This document shows, in pieces, positions 1 through 8,182 of a stretch of 64,000 nucleotides of DNA (its first letter is position 1; every line of letters starts with the position of its first letter). The stretch covers positions 1,216,001 to 1,280,000 of the forward strand of contig CAWBMP010000004.1 of NCBI GenBank assembly GCA_963790025.1, read 5' to 3'. This DNA comes from Nitrospirota bacterium (GTDB lineage Bacteria; Nitrospirota; Thermodesulfovibrionia; Thermodesulfovibrionales; Dissulfurispiraceae). The notes beneath the pieces are model-generated. The model was not told where the DNA came from and searched no databases. It saw nothing but the letters and a program-made list of their open reading frames with translations. The translations under genes and the position numbers were made by a program.

Positions 1-1
1 G

Positions 2-97
2 AGGGACTTATCAGTGCTATCAAGATTGTCAAAAATCGCAGAGAGTGAAAGAGGACGAAAAGCCATGAAACAAATATTTCACATGCTAAATGCATGA
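2..97 (+). CDS. C-terminal end (5'-partial) of a probable Y1/HUH (RAYT-like) transposase with a C-terminal HTH
   Basis: Frame 2 reads RDLSVLSRLSKIAESERGRKAMKQIFHMLNA*, an HTH recognition-helix-like segment. The stop lies within a motif ending CAAGCCTGACCCC, an arrangement recalled for this family. Only 31 aa are visible. Confidence 0.5.
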   Translation, partial: RDLSVLSRLSKIAESERGRKAMKQIFHMLNA

Positions 98-114
98 ACG
101 CAAGCCTGACCCCA
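87..114 (-). repeat. GGGGTCAGGCTTG-type terminal motif, copy 1
   Basis: Reverse complement TGGGGTCAGGCTTGCGTTCATGCATTTA matches 6710-6737 at 25/28 nt. Confidence 0.85.
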
Positions 115-279
115 GCAATCTTCTTACAGGAAGAACTTGGTGAGTGTCTGGCACCCCTGAGAAATATGTTGGTTGGAATAAGGTATAAAACAGCATTTCG
201 TGTAGAATCAGAATTTACACGCTGTTAATAGACAATCCTCTCCTCTGAGAGTTTTCTTAAATGCTTTTACAGTTTACAG

Positions 280-390
280 CTATTTTTTCTTGTGAGATGC
301 ACAGAATTTAGATTTCCCACTTGCGGACTTCTTACATTGCTTTCCTTCTTTCGTCTTTCCAGCACATTTCGCTTTCATTGCTGTTGCCAT
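280..390 (-). CDS. 36-aa basic CCCH zinc-finger microprotein (DUF5763-like)
   Basis: Below the ORF-track cutoff. SD GAGGAGG lies 4 nt before ATG. MATAMKAKCAGKTKEGKQCKKSASGKSKFCASHKKK*, with spaced Cys-Cys-Cys-x2-His. Confidence 0.7.
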   Translation of the reverse strand: MATAMKAKCAGKTKEGKQCKKSASGKSKFCASHKKK

Positions 391-745
391 GTTGCCTCCT
401 CTTAATTTTAGTTTAAACGAATTGTATCACATTGAGAAATAGATTGGGAATATTTTAAATTTATTTTAGAATTAGCTGTAGGCGATATCTGAAAGTGACC
501 TAAGGATGATACGGCCCAGGCCCATTCCAATTTATCACCTCTTCCGGAGCAAACCTGCCAACCCTGGCAAGGGAAGCGTCGGCTTTGTCCCGGAACAGGC
601 GCGGTGATTTGCTTCTTCCTGTAATCTTGCTTTCCATAACTTTCTGAGATATTGTATATTTCTACCGTAAATAGATGGTTTTTATTCCGTAATCGCATCG
701 TGAGAGGTTGATTGGAAAATAGAAAGAGGATTCTTAAGGAGAGAA

Positions 746-1336
746 ATGCAAGTAAATAGAACCGACCGTTTTTCTACTTTGTTAAGAAACAGCCCTTTTT
801 CTTTCATCTGGCCTTCGTTGGTTATGCTTATATTAATTGTAGCGCTCGTGATTTTTATTTATAGCGATATGAATGCACTTTTAATGATTATATTTATAAT
901 TGGTTTTTTAATATTTTGCATAATGGGAACTGTGGAGTTCAGGCTGGGACCGAAGAGAATTATATCCTTCATAATCCCAATTGTTATTTTGATTATCTCT
1001 GTTATTGGGGGATGCCCATATTTGATGCCATATCCGTCCGCACAGATGGTTGGAGTAAAGACAGCGTCAGAACTGAAGGCGTATGTTTGTAGCGGAAGAA
1101 AGTATGTCGGTGGGGAGCCGTGTGGAACAAAAAATGTTCAATGGAAACCAGGCATAGGAGATTTGGCACTAATATACGTATACGGTGTTAATAATGAGTC
1201 GGAAATTAATTATTTAGTAGAACTTGCAAGAATCAGTCGCGGTAGCACATATAAAAAAACATCAATAAAAATCAAGTTTTATTCAGACCTGAAAAAATCA
1301 GAACTTGTTAAAGACATCACCATAAAAGGAGAATGA
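746..1336 (+). CDS. Hypothetical membrane protein (3 N-terminal TM helices)
   Basis: 196-aa ORF with SD AAGGAG, a hydrophobic N-half and AT-rich sequence. Confidence 0.75.
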   Translation: MQVNRTDRFSTLLRNSPFSFIWPSLVMLILIVALVIFIYSDMNALLMIIFIIGFLIFCIMGTVEFRLGPKRIISFIIPIVILIISVIGGCPYLMPYPSAQMVGVKTASELKAYVCSGRKYVGGEPCGTKNVQWKPGIGDLALIYVYGVNNESEINYLVELARISRGSTYKKTSIKIKFYSDLKKSELVKDITIKGE

Positions 1337-1459
1337 TATGTCCCGAACATTTACAGTAATTGTAAACGGAAGCCGTAAAAATTACACCCCCTTAACTTTA
1401 CATTCACGTTCGTTTCTTCTGTAAATCTTCAGCCTCTACACGTATCTGATTACGAGGAC

Positions 1460-1668
1460 TTGTCGGTGGACTCACGTCTTTGGTTGGCGACCGCTGATCT
1501 TTCAAGTATCTGTCCTGTTGTCATCAAAATATAGCCAATTAATGATTGGCTATGGCAAATATATATTCCATTTTATTAAAATGAAATGATGTTATAAAGA
1601 ATCGGAGATAAATAAATGGAATATTATGTGCACCATGTGCCTGGGAGATTAAGAATTCAAACGCCGTT
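1460..1668 (+). repeat. 209-bp direct repeat, copy 1
   Basis: Aligns without gaps to 6493-6701 (offset 5033) with 5 mismatches. Confidence 0.95.
1531..1583. promoter_or_regulatory. Palindromic operator-like sites upstream of the HMA2 gene
   Basis: ATAGCCAAT-taatg-ATTGGCTAT (1531-1553) and CATTTTA-t-TAAAATG (1569-1583). Confidence 0.4.
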
Positions 1669-1948
1669 TATTCACCATAATGAGGCCAATGCCCATACAT
1701 TATGTGAGTATATCCGGGGGGTTACAGGCGTTACATCGCTTGAAGCCCATGCTCTTACCGGCAGCATCACGATTTATTATGATCCTAAATGCGTCAGCTG
1801 TGAAAAACTCCTTTGCATGCTTGAGAAAAGGGGATGGTTCAATCTGATGCATGCCAAAACAAATGATGAAGTAGTTAAAGAAGAATCCGAAAAGGTAATA
1901 GAAGCTGCCGTCAAGATAGCAGAGACGGTTGAAGGCGAGATTGAGTAA
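1616..1948 (+). CDS. HMA2 (heavy-metal-associated-like) domain protein
   Basis: Signature VHHVPGRLRI...GVTSLEAHALTGSITIYYD. Confidence 0.85.
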   Translation: MEYYVHHVPGRLRIQTPFIHHNEANAHTLCEYIRGVTGVTSLEAHALTGSITIYYDPKCVSCEKLLCMLEKRGWFNLMHAKTNDEVVKEESEKVIEAAVKIAETVEGEIE

Positions 1949-1950
1949 GA

Positions 1951-2211
1951 GTGGACGACAGAGAGCAAAGAGAACAGGCTTTCGCAGAACAACTGGCTAC
2001 CGAGATCGCACAGAATAAAGATGCCATTGCAGCAATCTTCAAGAGAAGCAAGGTGAGGCAATGTGGAGGTAAGTGCAAAGGGTTTAAGAAAGCGAATTTT
2101 AGCGACTTGTGCCCAGAATGTTTGCAAGCACTTGAAATTGAGACTGCCGAAATATTCTCTGTATCTCCCGAATTGAGTATGCTCGGTGATGTTATGAACA
2201 GCCGGGATTGA
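1951..2211 (+). CDS. Small hypothetical protein with CxxxC/CxxC motifs
   Basis: GTG start 2 nt after the upstream stop; CGGKC...LCPEC. Confidence 0.55.
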   Translation: MDDREQREQAFAEQLATEIAQNKDAIAAIFKRSKVRQCGGKCKGFKKANFSDLCPECLQALEIETAEIFSVSPELSMLGDVMNSRD

Positions 2212-2276
2212 AAATAGGGATAATCATTGCCATTGAATGAGGAGAAAAAATTAGTTTTGGCTGAAACGGTACAAGG

Positions 2277-2945
2277 ATGACTAAAACGGAAAAAAAATAC
2301 GAAATAACTAACGAAACAATGAGAAGTAAAAATGGAACTGGAAAAGGAATAGTGTTACACAGAATCCGAGCATTAAAGCATTTTGGGGATGTAATAAAAG
2401 GTGATTATGGAGGCTGGATACAAGAAGAATATAACTTGTCACACGAAGGCAACTGTTGGGTTGCCGAGGAAGCAATAGTTTGTAACAATGCAAAGGTTTA
2501 TGGTGACTCATTTGTATATGGCCATGCAAAGGTTTTCGATGAAGCAATGGTTTATGGCAATGCGAGAGTTTTTGGTGACGCACGAGTATATGGCAATGCA
2601 AAGGTTTTTGATGAAGCAATGGTTTATGGCAATGCAACGGTTTTTCATTATGCAAGAATCTTTGGCAATGCACATATTTATGACAATGCAAAAGTCTTTG
2701 GTGGTCCAACTATTTTTGATTTTGCAAGAGTTTTTAATGAAGCACGAGTTTTTGGCAATGCACGTGTTGGTGGTAAAGCAAGGGTTTCTGGGCGTGCACA
2801 AGTCTTTGATTATACAAAAGTCCTTGAAAATGCGGTAGTTTGTGATGAAGCAAAGGTTTCTGGCAATGCAATAGTTTCTGGTAATGGAACAGTATCTGGT
2901 AAGACCGAGGTTTTTGGAGACGAAAAAATTTATGGTAACGATTAA
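2277..2945 (+). CDS. Hexapeptide-repeat left-handed beta-helix protein (phage-related type)
   Basis: N-terminal LHRIRALKHFGDVIKGDYGGWIQEEYNLSHEGNCWV followed by many [NDE]A[KR]V[FY][GD] hexapeptides; 18-nt periodicity in the DNA. Confidence 0.9.
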   Translation: MTKTEKKYEITNETMRSKNGTGKGIVLHRIRALKHFGDVIKGDYGGWIQEEYNLSHEGNCWVAEEAIVCNNAKVYGDSFVYGHAKVFDEAMVYGNARVFGDARVYGNAKVFDEAMVYGNATVFHYARIFGNAHIYDNAKVFGGPTIFDFARVFNEARVFGNARVGGKARVSGRAQVFDYTKVLENAVVCDEAKVSGNAIVSGNGTVSGKTEVFGDEKIYGND

Positions 2946-3301
2946 ATTTCATAACAAATAAATAAGGCTCCTTGGCAATAAATAAAACACAGGGAATAGA
3001 AAAATACAGAGACCAAGCCCCTTTAATCACACGCTCCGTTCCGGCGACCTCCGGGGGCAAGCGTTTTACGATGAGAATCTATGCGAAATAAAGCCAGCGA
3101 TGCTGTGGATTTACTGAATGATTTCATTGGTGATTTAATCACCGGAACTAACGTCCTCCGTGAATACATGAAGGAGCAAAGGGAAGGGCGACTGTAAATG
3201 TCAGAGCGGTAACAACGGTAAAGATTGCAAATGCGGTCACTGCTCCGAACCCAAAAGTAAAACCTAAAACTGACAGGAAAACGGGCAAGTCTGCGAATTC
3301 C

Positions 3302-3341
3302 CCTGAGTGAAACGTCAATTAAAAAAGGCGTTTCACTCAGG
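3302..3341. terminator. 15-bp hairpin, probable terminator
   Basis: CCTGAGTGAAACGTC...GGCGTTTCACTCAGG downstream of ygiD. Confidence 0.55.
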
Positions 3342-3387
3342 TCTGCTTATAGTCATTGCGTGGAGCTCATGCCCTGGAAAGTCTTTT

Positions 3388-4167
3388 TCAACCTATCTGG
3401 ACAGCAAGCATTGAGACTGAGCCGCCATCAACCCCCTGTACCGGAAAACTAATCTCCTCATTTTCTTTGCGAAGACCAAGCACATAGAGCAACGGCAGGT
3501 AGTGGTCCGGCGTCGGGACAGAGAGCATGGCGTCTCGGCCCAGATTCTCGTAAGCGACAACATGGGTATCGTGGCCTTTTAGAATAAACTCCCGCACCTG
3601 TTTCTCGAATCGCACCGCCCAGTCAAAAGCCTGAACCCCATGGTCACCCCAGGCATAGGTGTGCAGATTGTGAACAATATTGCCGCTACCGATGACCAAA
3701 ACGCCTTCCTCCCTAAGAGCCGCAAGCCGTTTGCCTATTTCATAATGGAATCCAGGGGGCTGTCTCTCATCAATGCTGAGTTGAACAACGGGGATATCTG
3801 CCTTTGGAAAGATGTGAGTCAGCACGGTCCACGTTCCATGGTCAATTCCCCAGGTTTCATCTAGTCCTACCGCGACAGGGGAAAGCAGATCCTTGACTCG
3901 CCGGGCAAGTTCGGGACTACCGGGCGCCGGATACTGGACCTGATAGAGTTCTCGCGGGAAGCCACCAAAATCATGGATTGTTCGAGGCATGAGGTTCGCC
4001 GTCACCGAGCAAGCCGGTACGTACCAGTGGGCAGACACGGCAAGCACGGCTTTGGGATGCGGGATCGCTCTGCCGATAGAAGCCCACCCGTCAGTGTAAC
4101 CATTCTTGGATAACGCATTCATCGGATTGCCATGTCCAAGGAATATAACCGGCATGAAATCAGTCAT
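3388..4167 (-). CDS. ygiD: 4,5-DOPA dioxygenase extradiol (LigB family)
   Basis: MPVIFLGHGNPMNA, SAHW, DHGTW, GSGNIVHNL, PTPDHYLPL motifs. Confidence 0.92.
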   Translation of the reverse strand: MTDFMPVIFLGHGNPMNALSKNGYTDGWASIGRAIPHPKAVLAVSAHWYVPACSVTANLMPRTIHDFGGFPRELYQVQYPAPGSPELARRVKDLLSPVAVGLDETWGIDHGTWTVLTHIFPKADIPVVQLSIDERQPPGFHYEIGKRLAALREEGVLVIGSGNIVHNLHTYAWGDHGVQAFDWAVRFEKQVREFILKGHDTHVVAYENLGRDAMLSVPTPDHYLPLLYVLGLRKENEEISFPVQGVDGGSVSMLAVQIG

Positions 4168-4195
4168 GAAAACTTCTCCTTAATTTCCCGCCATT

Positions 4196-5098
4196 CTATT
4201 TGATAAACGTACCGTTTCGGTATTCTTCAAATGCGACTTCCAGTTCCTCATCCGTATTCATCACAATCGGGCCGTACCAGGCCACGGGCTCCTTAATGGG
4301 TCTGCCAGATATGAGCAGGAAGCGCACGGGTTCGCCCTCGGCCGAGACGGTCACCTGATCGCCGTCGTCAAAGAGCACCGCAGTCCCGTTGTGGATGAAG
4401 GGATCACGCTTCATGTCAAAATAGTTCTCGCCCAGGGCATCATAGGCAAAGGGGTTCTTCTCATTGCAGAAGACGCCTTTGCCCCCGATCACGTAGGCAA
4501 AGACCGTATGACCGCGCGGGGTCAGGTGGACGAACTCGGAAAGGGCCGGAAGCGAAATATCGAGATATTCAGGCTCGATTACGATGTCCCTAACCGGACC
4601 CTGTCTGCCCTCCACGGTTCCGCAGATGACCTTTATCTTCGCGCCACTCTTGGTGACGACCTCCGGCACCTGCGAACTCTTGATATCACGGTACCGGGGT
4701 GCCATCATCTTGTGTGATCTGGGGAGGTTGGCCCAAAGTTGAAATCCCTCCATAACCCCGTCGTTGTCTCCCCGCGGCATCTCCTGATGGATGATGCCGC
4801 TTCCCGCAGTCATCCACTGCATATCTCCCGACGTGATAACACCTTTGTTGCCCATGCTGTCTCCGTGCTCCACGTCGCCTTTGAGCACGTACGTAATCGT
4901 CTCGATGCCGCGATGCGGGTGCCAGGGAAACCCTTTGATATACTGATAGGGATCGGTGTTGCGGAAATCGTCGAGCATTAGAAAGGGGTCGAAGAGCGGG
5001 ACCTCGCTGTTGCCAAACACCCGCCTAAGATTGACTCCCGCGCCTTCCAGTGTGGGTTTGCTTTTGAACATTTTCCTGATCTTTCGGTTTTCCGTCAT
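4196..5098 (-). CDS. Pirin family protein
   Basis: DPFLMLD, GFPWHPHRGIETITY, MTAGSGIIHQE. Start moved to ATG 5098 behind SD GGAGGAG. Confidence 0.93.
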   Translation of the reverse strand: MTENRKIRKMFKSKPTLEGAGVNLRRVFGNSEVPLFDPFLMLDDFRNTDPYQYIKGFPWHPHRGIETITYVLKGDVEHGDSMGNKGVITSGDMQWMTAGSGIIHQEMPRGDNDGVMEGFQLWANLPRSHKMMAPRYRDIKSSQVPEVVTKSGAKIKVICGTVEGRQGPVRDIVIEPEYLDISLPALSEFVHLTPRGHTVFAYVIGGKGVFCNEKNPFAYDALGENYFDMKRDPFIHNGTAVLFDDGDQVTVSAEGEPVRFLLISGRPIKEPVAWYGPIVMNTDEELEVAFEEYRNGTFIK

Positions 5099-5162
5099 GG
5101 TACTCCTCCTTTCAACGGAAACTGCATCCGGACCGATAAAACGCCTTTGGTCACTCCCTCCC

Positions 5163-5717
5163 TCAGAGCATGATCGTCGCAACCCAGGCTGCGAACGCGC
5201 CCATGAATTTCGCGGCATGTTCCCGGGTTGAATCATTGCTGAGATTACCCTCCTCATCGAAGAGATTCGCTGCATTCCCGATGTAAGCTTCAGGTTGCTG
5301 CATAACGGGGATATTAAGGAACACCATTGATTGTCTCAGGTGATGGTTTGCGCCGAATCCCCCCATGCCGCCGGGTGAGACACTCATTACGGCGCCTGGT
5401 TTGCCGTCCCACGCGCTTTTCCCGTAGGGACGGGACCCCACGTCGATAGCATTCTTGAGCACCCCTGGAACTGAGCGGTTGTACTCTGGGGTGACAAACA
5501 ATACGCCGTCGAACTTCTTTATGCGTTGTCGAAACTCTACCCACGCAGCAGGCGGATTGTCATCGAGATCCTGGTTGTATAGCGGGAGTTCCCCGATCTC
5601 GACAATTTCGAGAGTTAAAGAATCAGGCGAAAGCTTTATCAAAGCCTTTGCCATTTTACGGTTGAATGACTCCTTGCGAAGGCTCCCTACAAGAACTGCG
5701 ATCTTATGCTGTGCCAT
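5163..5717 (-). CDS. NADPH-dependent FMN reductase / chromate reductase (ChrR/YieF family)
   Basis: VGSLRKESFN, TPEYNRSVPGVLKNAID, GGFGANHHLRQ. Confidence 0.92.
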   Translation of the reverse strand: MAQHKIAVLVGSLRKESFNRKMAKALIKLSPDSLTLEIVEIGELPLYNQDLDDNPPAAWVEFRQRIKKFDGVLFVTPEYNRSVPGVLKNAIDVGSRPYGKSAWDGKPGAVMSVSPGGMGGFGANHHLRQSMVFLNIPVMQQPEAYIGNAANLFDEEGNLSNDSTREHAAKFMGAFAAWVATIML

Positions 5718-5741
5718 TACCTTTCCTTCCTCATTGTCTTT

Positions 5742-6332
5742 CTAATTTCCTATGCCAATCTGTTTCATGTATGTCGCATTGTCCCAAAACAGCCATTCTT
5801 CGATCATCACGCCGTCTTTCCAATGTCCCACAGTGCACATGTTGATGGAAAACTTCTTACCTGTGGGCTGAATGAACTTCCCGTCCCCGATTGGCATCGG
5901 CTTGGTAAAGGTCCCGCTCATGACTCCTATTACGGAGGTCCATTCTCCAGATCCGATCTTTACCGGGTGAACTTTTATGTTCGTATCGGGCGCATACACG
6001 AACATCGCCTTGAGGTCTTCGATATGCCTATCGATGCCGGTCGTGTAATGCCCATCAGGCCAGTTGACCTTGACATCTTTTGAATGGCTCTCATGCAGCC
6101 GTGTCCATTCCTGATTGCTGAATACGACGAAATCCAGTTCATCAAAGGTCTTCAGGTTTGTGTCAACCGTTGCCTTATCATCAGTATACTTTTTTAATTC
6201 CTTTTTCACTTCATCGATCTTTGCCTGCATTTCAGGAGAGTAGCCGCCTTGCCGGTCACCTGCCAATACCGGGGTCATAAAAGCCAATAAAAGTGCTGCA
6301 ATCATACATAAACCAACAATTACGCCCCTCAT
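5742..6332 (-). CDS. Secreted SnoaL-like ester cyclase (NTF2 fold)
   Basis: Signal peptide; FDELDFVVFSNQEW, PTGKKF, EEWLFWD. Start ATG 6332 with SD AGGAG. Confidence 0.85.
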   Translation of the reverse strand: MRGVIVGLCMIAALLLAFMTPVLAGDRQGGYSPEMQAKIDEVKKELKKYTDDKATVDTNLKTFDELDFVVFSNQEWTRLHESHSKDVKVNWPDGHYTTGIDRHIEDLKAMFVYAPDTNIKVHPVKIGSGEWTSVIGVMSGTFTKPMPIGDGKFIQPTGKKFSINMCTVGHWKDGVMIEEWLFWDNATYMKQIGIGN

Positions 6333-6492
6333 TTTGCTCCTACTTAATCTCCAATTAGTTCTCACGAAGGGTTCATCCCATCACTATTATCATCCTATCA
6401 GAGTCGATGTCTATTGTCTATTAAATGATTTCCTAAGGTGTTTTATTCCGATTGTAACCTTGATGGAGTTTCGGCTTCCCGAAAGTATTGAT

Positions 6493-6701
6493 TTGTCGGT
6501 GTACTCACGTCTTTGCTTGGCGACCGCTGATCTTTCAAGTATCTGTCCTGTTGTCATCAAAATATAGCCAATTAATGATTGGCTGTGGCAAATATATATT
6601 CCATTTTATTAAAATGAAATGATGTTATAAAGAATCGGAGATAAATAAATGGAATATTATGTGCACCACATGCCTGGGAGATTAAGAATTCAAACGCCGT
6701 T
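6493..6701 (+). repeat. 209-bp direct repeat, copy 2
   Basis: Near-identical to 1460-1668. Confidence 0.95.
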
Positions 6702-6738
6702 GGAAACAATGGGGTCAGGCTTGCATACGTGCATTTAA
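6649..6738 (+). pseudogene. Truncated copy of the HMA2 gene
   Basis: MEYYVHHMPGRLRIQTP matches the first 17 codons of 1616-1948, then runs into the GGGGTCAGG motif and stops. Confidence 0.85.
6710..6737 (+). repeat. GGGGTCAGGCTTG-type terminal motif, copy 2
   Basis: TGGGGTCAGGCTTGCATACGTGCATTTA; inverted relative to 87-114. Confidence 0.85.
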
Positions 6739-6793
6739 GTGTGCTATATTTTGCTCAAAAGTTAAAAGGTGAGGCGTTAGAAGAGGAGGTTTT

Positions 6794-7276
6794 ATGGAAT
6801 TCAAGGGGATAAGAGTTGATATACCGGAGGGGTGCAACATCATATTGGGCCAGACTCATTTTATCAAAACCGCAGAGGACCTATACGAGATAATTGCGAC
6901 TGCGGTGCCACAGGCGAAATTCGGTGTAGCCTTCACAGAGGCATCAGGTCCCTGCCTTATCAGGACCGAGGGCAATGACAACGGACTCATTCAGGGCTGC
7001 GTCAAGATTCTTCAGGATATAGGTGCAGGTCACGTCTTCTGTATTCTGCTGAAGGAAGCCTATCCGGTCAATGTGCTCAACCAGATAAAGAACTGCCAGG
7101 AGGTATGCAGGATATATTGCGCAACAGCCAATCCTTTAGAGGTATTGGTCGCCGTCACCCAACAGGGTGGCGGCGTCATCGGGGTTGTGGACGGTTTTTC
7201 CCCAAAGGGTGTTGAAACCTCTGAAGACAAAAAACAGAGGAAAGAGTTCCTGAGAGATATAGGTTATAAATTATAG
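6794..7276 (+). CDS. Adenosine-specific kinase family / DUF355 protein
   Basis: [50 protein letters not shown]. Confidence 0.9.
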   Translation: MEFKGIRVDIPEGCNIILGQTHFIKTAEDLYEIIATAVPQAKFGVAFTEASGPCLIRTEGNDNGLIQGCVKILQDIGAGHVFCILLKEAYPVNVLNQIKNCQEVCRIYCATANPLEVLVAVTQQGGGVIGVVDGFSPKGVETSEDKKQRKEFLRDIGYKL

Positions 7277-7299
7277 ACATTTATTCTGTCGACAGAAAA

Positions 7300-7455
7300 T
7301 CATTTGCCGACGCAGAACTCGTTGAAAATCCTATTTAGGATATCTAAGGCGGTTACTGTTCCGACTATCTCTCCCAGTTTGTCGAGGGCATCCCGTATTT
7401 CTAAGGCAACGATTTCGAGCTGCCCGGCAAGATTTTTATTTATACTCTGCATAGG
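7300..7455 (-). pseudogene. mnmE: 3' fragment of tRNA modification GTPase MnmE
   Basis: LEIVALEIRDALDKLGEIVG...DILNRIFNEFCVGK* is the MnmE C-terminus; no GTPase domain upstream. Confidence 0.85.
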
Positions 7456-7559
7456 GTTGCGCGAGTCCGAAACTATCAAGTTTCTGTGAGCAACAAAAAA
7501 GTGCAAGCGAGTCTGTAGAAGGACTCGTTCCAGCGCGCTTCGCATGATTGGACCTGCGT

Positions 7560-7901
7560 CTATACTGCTGAGTCGCCGCTCTCGCCAGTCCTTATCCTTA
7601 TGGCATCGTCCATTGGTGAGACAAATATCTTGCCGTCTCCAATCTCGCCGGTGCAGACAGCCTCGCGAATGGCCTTGATAATCGTGTCGGCTTCATTGTC
7701 TTTCACAACCAGCACTACCCTCTTCTTATCTATGAAAGGCACTTTACAAGTTCTGCCACGTACATTAATTTTACGGAAGCCTTTTTGCTTTCCATGACCC
7801 TCAACATTAGAAACTGTGACTCCCGGATAGCCTACTCTTTCCAATGTGTCGCATACCTCAGTTAACCTTGAAGGACGAATAATTGCCTCTATTCTTTTCA
7901 T
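7560..7901 (-). CDS. P-II family nitrogen regulator (atypical T-loop)
   Basis: MKRIEAIIRP, GHGKQKG, TGEIGDGKIFV, IRIRTGE. Confidence 0.93.
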   Translation of the reverse strand: MKRIEAIIRPSRLTEVCDTLERVGYPGVTVSNVEGHGKQKGFRKINVRGRTCKVPFIDKKRVVLVVKDNEADTIIKAIREAVCTGEIGDGKIFVSPMDDAIRIRTGESGDSAV

Positions 7902-7940
7902 TATACTCTCCTTTGAAAATTGTCTGCTGATTCACGTTTA

Positions 7941-7956
7941 TGCAATAAGTTTGCCA
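7941..7956 (-). promoter_or_regulatory. Sigma54 -24/-12 promoter of the P-II gene
   Basis: Minus strand TGGCAAACTTATTGCA (GG-N10-GC), about 40 nt upstream of the ATG. Confidence 0.7.
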
Positions 7957-8182
7957 TCGCAGAATGCCTTGAATTATAAGAATTCCTACTTTTTTGTTTT
8001 TTGCAATACAAAACATCTTTGTTCTGCTGTGACAATATTGCTGTGTTCCAGACAATCTATTCATTTCCAGACATAACCTTTACAGTGGCCCTGCATGCGG
8101 CGAGTGTTTGTTGCTGTGAGGATCATTTCGTTTGTCTTTTGGGATCGCCCATTTCCAACCTTTTAGTTACGGCTCGCCGGAA

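Noticed and set aside
408..698. 96-aa minus-strand ORF and nested 45-aa ORF (500-637, MESKITGRSKSPRLF...)
   Set aside because: No recognisable domain and a weak SD. The resemblance of KSPRL to integron integrase N-termini is too short to support a call.
1361..1395. TGTAAACGG...AAAATTACACCCC, IS21-like end
   Set aside because: No partner IR or istAB, and it reads naturally as coding sequence.
2470..2930. Periodic repeats suggesting a CRISPR array
   Set aside because: 18-nt coding hexapeptide repeats with no unique spacers and no cas genes.
3020..3197. Possible attC site and 38-aa ORF (3081-3197)
   Set aside because: No RYYYAAC/GTTRRRY paired ends; the ORF is probably a fragment and could not be identified.
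225..6424. 12-bp inverted match TTAATAGACAAT (225-236 and 6413-6424), Tn7-end-like
   Set aside because: A 12-mer match is expected by chance in AT-rich DNA of this length, and there are no repeated TnsB sites.
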